64,000 nucleotides of DNA from positions 146,276-210,275 of the forward strand of contig CAZAYU010000001.1 in NCBI GenBank assembly GCA_964489445.1, written 5' to 3'. Below the pieces are notes generated by a model, which saw nothing but the letters and a program-made list of their open reading frames with translations, made no database searches and was not told the DNA's origin. Made by a program: the position numbers and the translations under genes. Shown piece by piece: positions 31,099 to 39,894 of this stretch (its first letter is position 1; the number at the start of each line of letters is the position of its first letter). The stretch is from an uncultured Planctomycetia bacterium (GTDB lineage Bacteria; Omnitrophota; Gorgyraeia; Duberdicusellales; 4484-171).

Positions 31099-32347
31099 CC
31101 TTTTTTAAAACTTTATATTCTTCAATAATATTAAAAACCGCTGGAAACGGTAACAAAACCCTCCCCAAAACCCCTTGAAGAAAAGCAATGCAAACTCCAT
31201 AATTAGTAATCGGAACTTTAGCCTCTTTAGCCTGCTGAATTCTAAGCATCATCTGCCTTCGGGTAATCATACAACCACCACAATGAATAATTAACTTATA
31301 ATCTTTTAAATTGAGAGGGTAATCACTTCCAGCACAAAAATCGAATTTGATGTTTATCCCGGTATATTGGTTGATCCACCGGGGAATCTTTATCCGTCCA
31401 ATATCATCTTCAATCGGATGGTGACTGCAAGCTTCGGCAATTAGCACACGATCACCGGGCTTTAAATTATCAACAGCCACGACCCCTTTGACCGCTTCTG
31501 CCAAATCACCTTTATAACGCGAAAAAAGAATTGAAAACGTCGTACACTTTAAAGTTTTAGGCGTATCAGCAACCATTTTTAATACCACCTGAGAATCACA
31601 AACAGAAATGTTAAAAGGGATTTTTAAAACATTAACTAAATAACTATACTCACGCTCTTTAACAACCAAAGCCGAAGCATCATTGTCCAAGACATCACGA
31701 ATAGTTTGTACCTGGGGTAGGATTAATCTTCCTTTCGGAGCCTGTAAGTCAATTGGCACGATTAAACAAGCAATGCCCCCGGGAGGTAATAAGTCTCCAA
31801 TTAAAAAAGGCGGATTCAGAAAATCCGATGGGCAAACCTCAATCAACTCTTTCTTTAGTATATCTAAGAAATTACTGCTTTTTTCCGGTACAACACTCGA
31901 ACAACAAAGTACTTTTGAATTTATTTTTTTTAATCGATCAATAAAGCTCTCCTTCAAGCAAATAGCGTCAATCTTATTTACTATAATGATACAAGGAACC
32001 TTTTTTTCTTTAGCCTCTTGTATAATCTTCTCCTCATGGACACCCCAAACACCAGGTTCGACAATAAGTAAAATAATATCAGAAGCATCCAAAGCTTTTT
32101 TAGCTTTTTCGATCCTCGATTCTGCTAATTCAGACAAATCATCTAAACCAGCAGTATCTAAAAACACCACTGGGCCTAAAGGAAGTAACTCCATCACCTT
32201 TGACACTACATCTGTAGTAGTTCCCGGAAGCGCTGAGGTAATTGCTACTGCTTGAGAGGAAATCATATTTAAAAAACTTGATTTTCCCACATTTGTTCTT
32301 CCGAATAATCCAATATGTAGCCTTAAAGATTTAGGAGCTTTTTCCAT
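31073..32347 (-). CDS. hydF: [FeFe]-hydrogenase maturation GTPase HydF
   Basis: P-loop GRTNVGKSSFLN. C-terminal cluster-binding CSHHP...HCGGC motif. 424 aa. Confidence 0.8.
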   Translation of the reverse strand: MEKAPKSLRLHIGLFGRTNVGKSSFLNMISSQAVAITSALPGTTTDVVSKVMELLPLGPVVFLDTAGLDDLSELAESRIEKAKKALDASDIILLIVEPGVWGVHEEKIIQEAKEKKVPCIIIVNKIDAICLKESFIDRLKKINSKVLCCSSVVPEKSSNFLDILKKELIEVCPSDFLNPPFLIGDLLPPGGIACLIVPIDLQAPKGRLILPQVQTIRDVLDNDASALVVKEREYSYLVNVLKIPFNISVCDSQVVLKMVADTPKTLKCTTFSILFSRYKGDLAEAVKGVVAVDNLKPGDRVLIAEACSHHPIEDDIGRIKIPRWINQYTGINIKFDFCAGSDYPLNLKDYKLIIHCGGCMITRRQMMLRIQQAKEAKVPITNYGVCIAFLQGVLGRVLLPFPAVFNIIEEYKVLKKDGKNEKRL

Positions 32348-33731
32348 TATTCCTCTCGCTGTTTACATAACCCAAAGAAAGTAGATTTTCTGAAGATAAA
32401 GTCCTAATTACAAGTTCACTACCCAATTCGTTGCTTAAAAATTCGAATAAATTCCCTGATTTTACTAGAGAAAACTTTTTAATTAACTCACCAGCCCGAT
32501 CGTATCCAATATAAGGAATAAATGCAGTAATAATTACCGGATTGCTATTAAAAATATCTGTACAGATCTTAGGATCTGCCTTGATTTCAGAAATATGCTT
32601 TGCAAATGCTAAATTCACATTAGTTAATAGCTGTATTGATTCCAAAAGAGCCATGCTAACTAACGGCAAGAATTCAGCTACTTGAAAACTACTTCGCGAA
32701 ACTGCTTCTGAAACTATTAAATCATTAGCCATGACTTTTAAACCAGCTTGAATTACCGCCTCTAATATAACTGGATTATTTTTTCCCGGCATAATTGATG
32801 ATCCAGCCTGTACTTTCGGTACCTTGATCTCGCCAAAAAGGTTCATTAGCCTTAAATCGCTAGAGATCTTAATCAGATTTGAGGCACAAGCCTTAATAAT
32901 TCCAGAAACTTCCACAAAACAATCAGCATTGGCAGTTGCATCGACCAGATTTTCTGCTCTGCTTAAACCTAAACCGGTAATATCTCTAAGTTTCTCACTT
33001 ACCAAAAAAATATATTGTCGCGGCGCCGTCAAGCCAGTACCAATGGCCGTTCCACCGAGATTAATTACTCGCAAACGCTCTTCACATTTAAAAACTCTCC
33101 AACGATCCCGACTAATTGATTCAGCAAAAGCAGAAAATTCAACTCCAAGGGTAAGCGGAACCGCTGGCTGCAATTCTGTCCTGCCAATTTTAACTATTTG
33201 AGAAAAATCCTTTTCCTTTTTCTGTAATTCTCCCTGAAGACAGGAAATCGCTGTGCTTAATTTACGTAATGTAAAAATAGATGCTATCTTCAAAGCTGTA
33301 GGATACACATCGTTAGTTGATTGATGCAAATTCACATCCTCAATCGGATGCAGAACATTATAATTGCCCTTTTCTTCGCCAAGCCTTTCTAAAGAACGAT
33401 TAGCAATGACTTCGTTAACATTCATGTTAGTCGAAGTCCCAGCACCCCCCTGCAAAGCGTCTAGAGGAAATTGATTATCTAGACTTCCATTCAAAATATC
33501 ATCGCAAGATAGTTCTATAGCGTTAGATTTTTTTTTATCTAAAAATCCAAGCTCATGATTAGTCAAGCAAGCTGCTTTTTTTACCATGGTCAATGAAGAA
33601 ACCAATATTTTTGGAATTTTTTTTTCGGTAAAAGCAAAATTTTTTAAAGCCCGCTGAGTATGTATCCCCCAATAAGCTTCTTGTGGTATTTGTTCTTCGC
33701 CTAAAGAATCAGATTCTTTGCGATAACTCAT
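32331..33731 (-). CDS. aspartate ammonia-lyase/fumarase class II family protein
   Basis: GSSIMPGKNNP signature. 466 aa. An aspartase homolog occurs in hyd maturase operons of e.g. Thermotoga. Confidence 0.75.
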   Translation of the reverse strand: MSYRKESDSLGEEQIPQEAYWGIHTQRALKNFAFTEKKIPKILVSSLTMVKKAACLTNHELGFLDKKKSNAIELSCDDILNGSLDNQFPLDALQGGAGTSTNMNVNEVIANRSLERLGEEKGNYNVLHPIEDVNLHQSTNDVYPTALKIASIFTLRKLSTAISCLQGELQKKEKDFSQIVKIGRTELQPAVPLTLGVEFSAFAESISRDRWRVFKCEERLRVINLGGTAIGTGLTAPRQYIFLVSEKLRDITGLGLSRAENLVDATANADCFVEVSGIIKACASNLIKISSDLRLMNLFGEIKVPKVQAGSSIMPGKNNPVILEAVIQAGLKVMANDLIVSEAVSRSSFQVAEFLPLVSMALLESIQLLTNVNLAFAKHISEIKADPKICTDIFNSNPVIITAFIPYIGYDRAGELIKKFSLVKSGNLFEFLSNELGSELVIRTLSSENLLSLGYVNSERNNGKSS

Positions 33732-33759
33732 ACTCTCCCCTTATATTAACGTAAATAAT

Positions 33760-34011
33760 TTAAATTATTTTGCTCAATGCTGATTTTACTGTTACTTTCT
33801 CTAATTTACCTAATTTCCCGGTTAATGCTCCAACCTCATCAGTATCTGCGTCAACGATTAATATAATTACGCTACAGTTTCTTTGCTTGTACGGCAAACC
33901 GGACCTGGAAACAATAATTTCTGAAAATTCAGAAAGTATTTGGTTAATAACTGATGCTGTCTTTTTGCGGTCCCCAATAATAATTCCTACAAATCCCAGT
34001 CTTTTTTGCAT
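33760..34011 (-). CDS. TM1266-like putative iron-only hydrogenase system regulator (small ACT-like protein)
   Basis: 83 aa protein immediately upstream of the aspartase-like gene and hydFGE. Context and size fit the TM1266/TIGR03959-type family. Confidence 0.5.
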   Translation of the reverse strand: MQKRLGFVGIIIGDRKKTASVINQILSEFSEIIVSRSGLPYKQRNCSVIILIVDADTDEVGALTGKLGKLEKVTVKSALSKII

Positions 34012-34032
34012 TTTTATCTCTCCTTAAATAAA

Positions 34033-34062
34033 ATCCCGGCCTAATTAAAGTAAGGCCGGGAT
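34033..34062 (-). terminator. GC-rich hairpin (9-bp stem) followed by U-tract on the minus strand; internal terminator/attenuator between hydA-ahpD and the maturase genes
   Basis: Minus strand reads ATCCCGGCC-ttactttaatta-GGCCGGGAT-TTTATTTAAGGAG. It sits directly before the RBS of the TM1266-like gene. Confidence 0.45.
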
Positions 34063-34131
34063 AAAATTAACTATTTATCCCTGGGCTTCAGACACTTAAA
34101 TCCTTACCTCAGGATTAGCAAGACACAGCTA

Positions 34132-34476
34132 TTATTTACTACTTAGCTCATTAATGGTTTTAAGTGCTAAAGTTACATACGTCATTGCACTTGATCCACC
34201 TATCAAAACTGCGACCATTGAAGCTTCAACTATCTCTTCTTTGCTCCATCCACAACGAAGGCAATTTTCTACTGCCCGAGGAATACACACTGGACATTTT
34301 TGAGCCAAGCTAGAAGAAAGCATCAAAAGCCACTTTGTTTTTTCAGAAATCTTTCCGTCTTTCATTATCGATTGTTTTTCATTGATAAATGCCTTGTATT
34401 CTTCAGGCACTATCCTGCCAATATCAGCTATCAGTCGATTGAACTCATTAAGATTCTTTTTAGGATCACACTCCAC
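34132..34476 (-). CDS. carboxymuconolactone decarboxylase (AhpD-like) family protein with CxxC
   Basis: 114 aa with KCPVCIPRAVENCLRCGWSKEE, an AhpD-like fold motif. Confidence 0.65.
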   Translation of the reverse strand: MECDPKKNLNEFNRLIADIGRIVPEEYKAFINEKQSIMKDGKISEKTKWLLMLSSSLAQKCPVCIPRAVENCLRCGWSKEEIVEASMVAVLIGGSSAMTYVTLALKTINELSSK

Positions 34477-36292
34477 TAGCCACCCCCTTTTTCTTAGCTT
34501 TACGACTTATCCATTTCCCCCGCTTTATATAATGGGTGTGCAAAAGCTTATGACTCATATGCCCACAAGGACCATCTGTCAAAAATTCCTTATATATTTG
34601 TTTGACTATTGGATTTTCGTGAGATTTCCTAATCGGTAACCCTTCATCCTCAGCATAGATAGCCTTAGCTCTAGCTTCCCGAATCTCCGGATTTGTCGGA
34701 ATAGGCTGCCCACCACCGCCTAAACAACCTCCGGGACAAGCCATAATTTCCACAAAATGATACCCGTTTAATTCTCCCCGGCAAAGCATATCCATTATTT
34801 TTTTAGCATTAGCAGTGCCGTGACCAACCATAACCTTTAAGACTGCCCCCTCTAAAAACTTCCACTCAGGTACTGCTTTTTTAATCGGTATCTCCGCTCT
34901 ACGAACCCCTTCTGTGCCTCTTACCGCTTCAACACGTAATTTTTTAAATGGTACCTCTTCACCAGTAACTATCTCATAGGCTGTTCTGATTGCCGCCTCC
35001 ATAACTCCTCCGGTTGCCCCAAATACTAATCCTGCTCCACTGCCAATACCCAGAGGATCATCAAAGTTAGAATCAGGCAAGTTGGGTAAATCAATACCAC
35101 ATTCTTTAATCATTCCGGCTAACTCCCGAGTAGTTAGTGTATAATCAACATCTTTAAACCCAGAACTATTCATCTCCGGCCGAGTACACTCAAATTTTTT
35201 TGCCGAACAGGGCATTAACGAAACGCTAACAACATCCTTAGGGTCAATATTGTTGCGTTGAGTATACCAAGTCTTGACAATAGCTCCAAACATTTGCTGA
35301 GGCGATTTACAAGTCGAAACATGCCCTAATTTTTCCGGATAAAAATGCTCTATATACTTTACCCAACCCGGAGAACAAGATGTAATCTGGGGTAAACATA
35401 TATTTTTATCTTTGTCAACTAAAGCTTTCTTGAGCCGCAAAAGCAATTCGGTCCCTTCTTCCATGATTGTTAAGTCAGCAGTAAAATTAGTATCAAAAGC
35501 CTTGTTGAAGCCGATTCTTTTAATAGCTGTATTAAGTTTCTTGGTCACACTTGTTCCTGGAGGCAAACCAAATTCTTCACCAATTGCCGCTCGCGGTGAA
35601 GGCGCAGTTTGAATAATTACATGTTTCTTAGGGTCATCAATGGCATCCCAAACTTCTTGGGCTGGATCTTTAGACTTTAAAGCACCTGTAGGGCAACGAT
35701 TAATGCATTGCCCACAATTAATGCATATTACTTCATTAAGCGGCATATCCTGATAGGTTTCTATCTTCGTTTCTGCTCCACGATGTGCAGCCTCCAATAC
35801 TCCCACTTCCTGAAGATCAATACATGTTCTTGCGCAACGTCGACAAAGAACACATTTATTCATGTCGCGCTCTACAGAATAGCTTGATACATCTTTTTCA
35901 TAACGCGGACTATCAATATGTCCAAATTTATAGGTGGTTACTCCATACTCCTTAGCTAACGCCTGGAGTTCACAATTATTATTTCGCGCACAGGAATAAC
36001 ACTCACCATAATGATTTTTTAACAACAGCTGGATAATATTGCTCCGGGCTCTCCTAACTTTAGGAGAGTACGTCCGAATCTTGATTGACCGAAATATCGG
36101 ATACGAACATGAAGCTTGAAGCGTTCGTTCACCTTCTACCTCAACCATACACACTCGACAGACTCCTGCAAGGCAAAGATCATCGTGTTGGCAAAGAGTA
36201 GGAATCTTAATATTTACTGATTTAGCAGCTTCCAAAATAGTAGTACCAACCGGAATCTTAACCTCAATATCATCAATAACAACTTCGATCAT
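34466..36292 (-). CDS. hydA: [FeFe]-hydrogenase catalytic subunit HydA (M3-type: 2Fe-2S + FeS domains + H-cluster)
   Basis: N-terminal 2Fe-2S CLAGVCRVC and ferredoxin motifs CVLCRRCARTC and CINCGQCINRC. H-cluster motifs L2 MPCSAKKFE and L3 EIMACPGGCLGGGGQP. L1 is TSCSPGW, which is non-canonical. The ORF track extends to 36505, overlapping hydB. The likely true start is ATG 36292 (MIEVVIDDIEVKIPVGTTIL), preceded by a GGAAAGAAGGA RBS-like sequence. Confidence 0.85.
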   Translation of the reverse strand: MIEVVIDDIEVKIPVGTTILEAAKSVNIKIPTLCQHDDLCLAGVCRVCMVEVEGERTLQASCSYPIFRSIKIRTYSPKVRRARSNIIQLLLKNHYGECYSCARNNNCELQALAKEYGVTTYKFGHIDSPRYEKDVSSYSVERDMNKCVLCRRCARTCIDLQEVGVLEAAHRGAETKIETYQDMPLNEVICINCGQCINRCPTGALKSKDPAQEVWDAIDDPKKHVIIQTAPSPRAAIGEEFGLPPGTSVTKKLNTAIKRIGFNKAFDTNFTADLTIMEEGTELLLRLKKALVDKDKNICLPQITSCSPGWVKYIEHFYPEKLGHVSTCKSPQQMFGAIVKTWYTQRNNIDPKDVVSVSLMPCSAKKFECTRPEMNSSGFKDVDYTLTTRELAGMIKECGIDLPNLPDSNFDDPLGIGSGAGLVFGATGGVMEAAIRTAYEIVTGEEVPFKKLRVEAVRGTEGVRRAEIPIKKAVPEWKFLEGAVLKVMVGHGTANAKKIMDMLCRGELNGYHFVEIMACPGGCLGGGGQPIPTNPEIREARAKAIYAEDEGLPIRKSHENPIVKQIYKEFLTDGPCGHMSHKLLHTHYIKRGKWISRKAKKKGVASGV

Positions 36293-36383
36293 CTCTTCTA
36301 GAACATCCTTCTTTCCTTTGTTGATGTAAAATCTTCGTTGGCTTACTGGAGTTCGGGAAGTACTTTGGGCAAATGGCCTCTCC

Positions 36384-37634
36384 TTATTCATTGAACTTCT
36401 TCTCCTTTTTGATTGTCTTTGATAATTTATACTCCTTGGGAAAATTATTAAGTATCGACACAAAAGCGTTAGGACACGATTGCCCCAGTCCACATTTTGA
36501 AGCAAGTTGCATTGTTTCGGTTAACGAAAAAATATCTTTTAAATATTCTCCGCTACATTCATTCCTCTTAAGCTCTTCTATTGCCTCCAATAAAACAGGA
36601 ATTCCTTCTCGGCAAGGAGTGCATTGTCCGCATGATTCTTCTTTAAAAAATTTTAAAAAATTATCTGCCACCTTTAGCATCTCGCGTTTTTGATTAAATA
36701 TTATTATTGAACCACCTGTAGAAAGATCTTCAAAGCTAATCTTCCGGCTAAATTGTGCTTTAGGAATACACACCCCGGAAGCACCTCCAACCTGAACGGC
36801 TTTAGAATCTTCAGCTTGCACTAATTTAAGAATTTGTTTTATTGTCACTCCAAAGGGAACTTCATACACCCCCGGTTTCCTACAGTCCCCGGAAATGCTC
36901 AAAAGTTTTGAACCAGCTGATTTATCAGTGCCAATAAATTTAAACCAATCTGCTCCCTTTGCAATAATCTGAGTAACAACGGCAAAAGTTTCTGCGTTAT
37001 TAATTGCTGTCGGACAACAATTATAGCCGTTATTCACCGGAAATGGCGGTCGATTTCGAGGCTCACCACGATGCCCTTCTAACGATTCAATCAAAGCTGT
37101 CTCTTCCCCACAAACATAAGCGCCTGACCCTAACCTAATACATATATCAAAATTAAATCCCTTTTTGCCCAGGATATCTCTTCCTAATACATTCTCTTGG
37201 CGCATTACATTTAATATTTTTTCTAAACAAGGGAGAAGTAATTTATACTCTCCCCGTAAATAAAGAAAACCTTCTTCGGCCCCAACAGAAAAAGCGCCAA
37301 TGACCATACCTTCAAATACTAATCGGGCATATTCACTAAGAAGTACCCTATCCTTAAACGTTCCTGGCTCACCTTCATCTGCATTACACACAATGTATTT
37401 TTTATCCGCATTTGAGTTTGCTGTAAAGCCCCACTTTAATCCTGTCGGAAATCCAGCTCCCCCCCTACCTCTTAAATTAGAATTCTTTAAAACCTCAATA
37501 GCTGCTTCCTTGCCTATCTCTAGAGCCTTCTTCAACCCATCATTAGCCTTGATTTCACTAAACACTATCGGGCCTTCTCTTTTCACTGTCATGTCTTTTC
37601 TCCTTAAATTCATTATATTATTGTTCTTGTGCAT
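36384..37634 (-). CDS. hydB: NADH-binding flavoprotein subunit (NuoF-like) of bifurcating-type [FeFe]-hydrogenase, HydB
   Basis: GRGGAGFPTGLKW NADH/FMN motifs and a 4Fe-4S CGQCTPCREG. Only 416 aa, so it lacks the extra ferredoxin domains of long HydB. Confidence 0.8.
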   Translation of the reverse strand: MHKNNNIMNLRRKDMTVKREGPIVFSEIKANDGLKKALEIGKEAAIEVLKNSNLRGRGGAGFPTGLKWGFTANSNADKKYIVCNADEGEPGTFKDRVLLSEYARLVFEGMVIGAFSVGAEEGFLYLRGEYKLLLPCLEKILNVMRQENVLGRDILGKKGFNFDICIRLGSGAYVCGEETALIESLEGHRGEPRNRPPFPVNNGYNCCPTAINNAETFAVVTQIIAKGADWFKFIGTDKSAGSKLLSISGDCRKPGVYEVPFGVTIKQILKLVQAEDSKAVQVGGASGVCIPKAQFSRKISFEDLSTGGSIIIFNQKREMLKVADNFLKFFKEESCGQCTPCREGIPVLLEAIEELKRNECSGEYLKDIFSLTETMQLASKCGLGQSCPNAFVSILNNFPKEYKLSKTIKKEKKFNE

Positions 37635-37635
37635 A

Positions 37636-38112
37636 TTATTTTAATGTAGCGATAATTTTTTTAATTTTTTGCGGAGTCATATCTCCTATTAACTCATCGT
37701 CAACCATAATAGCCGGAGCATGATCGCACATCCCTATACAGCCTGTTTCTTCAAGAGTAATTTTCTTATCACAAGTAGTTTCACCTACCTTAACATCCAA
37801 TTCTTTTTCAAACAATCTTAATATCCTATCACTTCCGGCTAATACATTAGATATGCAATTACTAACACGAATAGTATATTTACCTTTCTTTTCTACTCTA
37901 AGAAATGAATAAAATGTTACCACCGAATATACTTCAACCGGGTGAATACCCAATTGATCAGCTATACCCTGCATATCCTTATCCGGTATGTATCCTTTCT
38001 TATCTTGAACCTTCTGCAGTAGAGGTAAAAGCTGCGAACGCAATTGTTTACCGGAAACCGGTTTCGCATCGGCAGAAGAAACATTTGCCGCTTTTGAATC
38101 ATTTTTTTTCAT
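37636..38112 (-). CDS. hydC: NuoE-like thioredoxin-fold 2Fe-2S subunit, HydC
   Basis: 158 aa with CISNVLAGSD...CIGMCDHAP 2Fe-2S ligands. Confidence 0.8.
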   Translation of the reverse strand: MKKNDSKAANVSSADAKPVSGKQLRSQLLPLLQKVQDKKGYIPDKDMQGIADQLGIHPVEVYSVVTFYSFLRVEKKGKYTIRVSNCISNVLAGSDRILRLFEKELDVKVGETTCDKKITLEETGCIGMCDHAPAIMVDDELIGDMTPQKIKKIIATLK

Positions 38113-38145
38113 AAAATAAATCTCCTTTTTTAAAAATAACTACTT

Positions 38146-38763
38146 CTAAACATAAACATTACAAAACAACGATAGAATCTCAATTGAGAAGTCAATATTT
38201 TTTACCGGTATTTTTTTTGGCACACTAATAGATTTTGGCGAAAAATTAATTATCCCTTTTAAGCCAGACATAACCATTATATCAGCAACATTTTGGCTGC
38301 CAGAAGCCGGAACAGCAATTATCCCAATTTTTGTACGAGTTTTTTTGATTATATCCGGAGCCCTTTCTATTGAATAAACTTTAACCCCATTAATAATCCT
38401 GCCAATTCTATTCTTTGCTTTGTCAAACGCAGCGACCAACCTTATTTTATCCGTTTGAAATCCAGGATACTTCATTATCGCTGTTCCAAGGTTCCCAGCC
38501 CCAAACAAAGCCATCCGCACAATATTCTTTTGAAGAACAAAATCCTCTAGAGTATTTTTTAGTTCTAATGTCTTATACCCTATTCGCGGAGTCCCTACTT
38601 TCCCGAAATTAGATATATCCTTTCGGATTTGAACATCCGTTAATCCGGTTATTTGTGACAACTCACCGGAAGAAATTAAAAATCGTTTTTCTTTGGCTAA
38701 ATTTTCTAAAATTCGTATATATAAAAGAACACGTGTAATAATTTTACTGGAAACTTTTTTCAT
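38146..38763 (-). CDS. rex: redox-sensing transcriptional repressor Rex
   Basis: N-terminal winged helix (SSGELSQITGLTDVQIRKDISNFG) and a Rossmann NADH domain (ALFGAGNLGTAIMKY). 205 aa. Confidence 0.85.
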   Translation of the reverse strand: MKKVSSKIITRVLLYIRILENLAKEKRFLISSGELSQITGLTDVQIRKDISNFGKVGTPRIGYKTLELKNTLEDFVLQKNIVRMALFGAGNLGTAIMKYPGFQTDKIRLVAAFDKAKNRIGRIINGVKVYSIERAPDIIKKTRTKIGIIAVPASGSQNVADIMVMSGLKGIINFSPKSISVPKKIPVKNIDFSIEILSLFCNVYV

Positions 38764-38794
38764 GTTAATCGTGAAATTCAGAACGATTCAGCGT

Positions 38795-38822
38795 ATTATA
38801 CCCTTTCACATTTACCTGTCAA
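38795..38822 (-). promoter_or_regulatory. near-consensus sigma-70 promoter for rex-hydCBA (TTGACA -16 nt- TATAAT)
   Basis: Minus strand has TTGACA (38822..38817) and TATAAT (38800..38795). A 22-bp palindrome AATCGTGAAATTCAGAACGATT (38767..38788) lies between the -10 and the ATG. Confidence 0.55.
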
Positions 38823-38859
38823 GAAAATAATAGAAGTTTTTACAAATATATTTTACTGC

Positions 38860-39894
38860 TCAGATTCCAGAAATCATATTTAAAGCTAATAGATACACTT
38901 CCTTTGCCTTGATTGATCTAAGGCACAGAAATTTTTTCGTGCACTGATGCGCCTGACATTTTAAGCAACCTGCAGGCTTATGCAAATAAATAGACCTAAG
39001 ACCCAATGGTTTCCAGCGTAAGGGTGAAAGTCCAGGGTTGTTGCGTCCAAAAATAGAAATTACCGGAACATTTAAACTGGCAGCAATATGCACAGGGCCT
39101 GAATCATTAGAAATGAATAAGCTAGATCTTTTAATTAGCGCGCCAATCTCCGATATTGTACACCTACCTCTAAAGTCAACAAGTAAATGGTCGTGGAATA
39201 GCCTATTAAGATCATCCTTCTCTTCAGCAGAAGAAATAATTACTAGTTTGTGCGGTAAATTTTCATTGAGGAGTTTTATCAATTGAGAAAAATATTCTAG
39301 CGGCCAACGTTTTGAAACGCAAGAAGCTGAAGGATGAATAACTATTAATTTCTGATTAGCATCTATGCTCTTCGCCTCGAGCATCTTTTTAATATTTATC
39401 ACCGCTTCTTCGGTTATCGGAAAATAAGTCTGCTTATTAACAATCGGGATATCCATACTTCTTAAAATATCCAAGGTATATTCTAATTCATGTTTTTCAC
39501 CTTTTTCCTTATCATGTCTAATCTTCCTACTTAATAAGCAATCCATTTTTTTACTCCAACCTGCACGCAATCTTATTCCAGACAAAAAAGTAATCCAATG
39601 TGCACGATTGGTTGGATGTAAAATTATCGCCCAATCAAAATTGTTTTTTCTTAATTGAAGCGAAAAATCAAATGATCCCCAAAAACTCTTATGTTTTCCA
39701 TATTTATCATAGATAATAACTTCATCCAAATATGGATTTTTCTCTAGCACATCTTTAACGTACGGACGACACATAAAAGCAATATACGCATCAGGAAAAT
39801 AATTTCTTAAATTACTAATAACCGGAGTAGAAAGAATGACATCTCCTAAACGATCAGTACGAACAATCAAAATCTTCTTTGGCTTGTTCACCAT
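38860..39894 (-). CDS. glycosyltransferase family 9 (LPS heptosyltransferase-like)
   Basis: N-terminal ILIVRTDRLGDVILSTP and C-terminal ISNDSGPVHIAASLNVPVISIFG, the GT9 signature. Confidence 0.8.
   Translation of the reverse strand: MVNKPKKILIVRTDRLGDVILSTPVISNLRNYFPDAYIAFMCRPYVKDVLEKNPYLDEVIIYDKYGKHKSFWGSFDFSLQLRKNNFDWAIILHPTNRAHWITFLSGIRLRAGWSKKMDCLLSRKIRHDKEKGEKHELEYTLDILRSMDIPIVNKQTYFPITEEAVINIKKMLEAKSIDANQKLIVIHPSASCVSKRWPLEYFSQLIKLLNENLPHKLVIISSAEEKDDLNRLFHDHLLVDFRGRCTISEIGALIKRSSLFISNDSGPVHIAASLNVPVISIFGRNNPGLSPLRWKPLGLRSIYLHKPAGCLKCQAHQCTKKFLCLRSIKAKEVYLLALNMISGI

Noticed and set aside
31683-32255. 190-aa plus-strand ORF
   Set aside because: Antisense to hydF. No motifs. Shadow ORF.
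36293-36505. N-terminal 71 codons of the HydA ORF as given in the ORF track (MLQNVDWGNRVL...)
   Set aside because: This stretch overlaps the 3' end of hydB by ~120 nt and encodes an atypical Arg/Ser-rich leader. The internal ATG at 36292 gives the canonical HydA N-terminus (MIEVVIDDIEVKIPVGTTIL) with an upstream purine-rich RBS. The longest-ORF extension is treated as an artefact.
38767-38788. Calling the palindrome in the rex leader a definitive Rex box
   Set aside because: The half-sites resemble TTGTGAA/TTCACAA but the spacing does not match published Rex operators, so it is reported only as a candidate operator.
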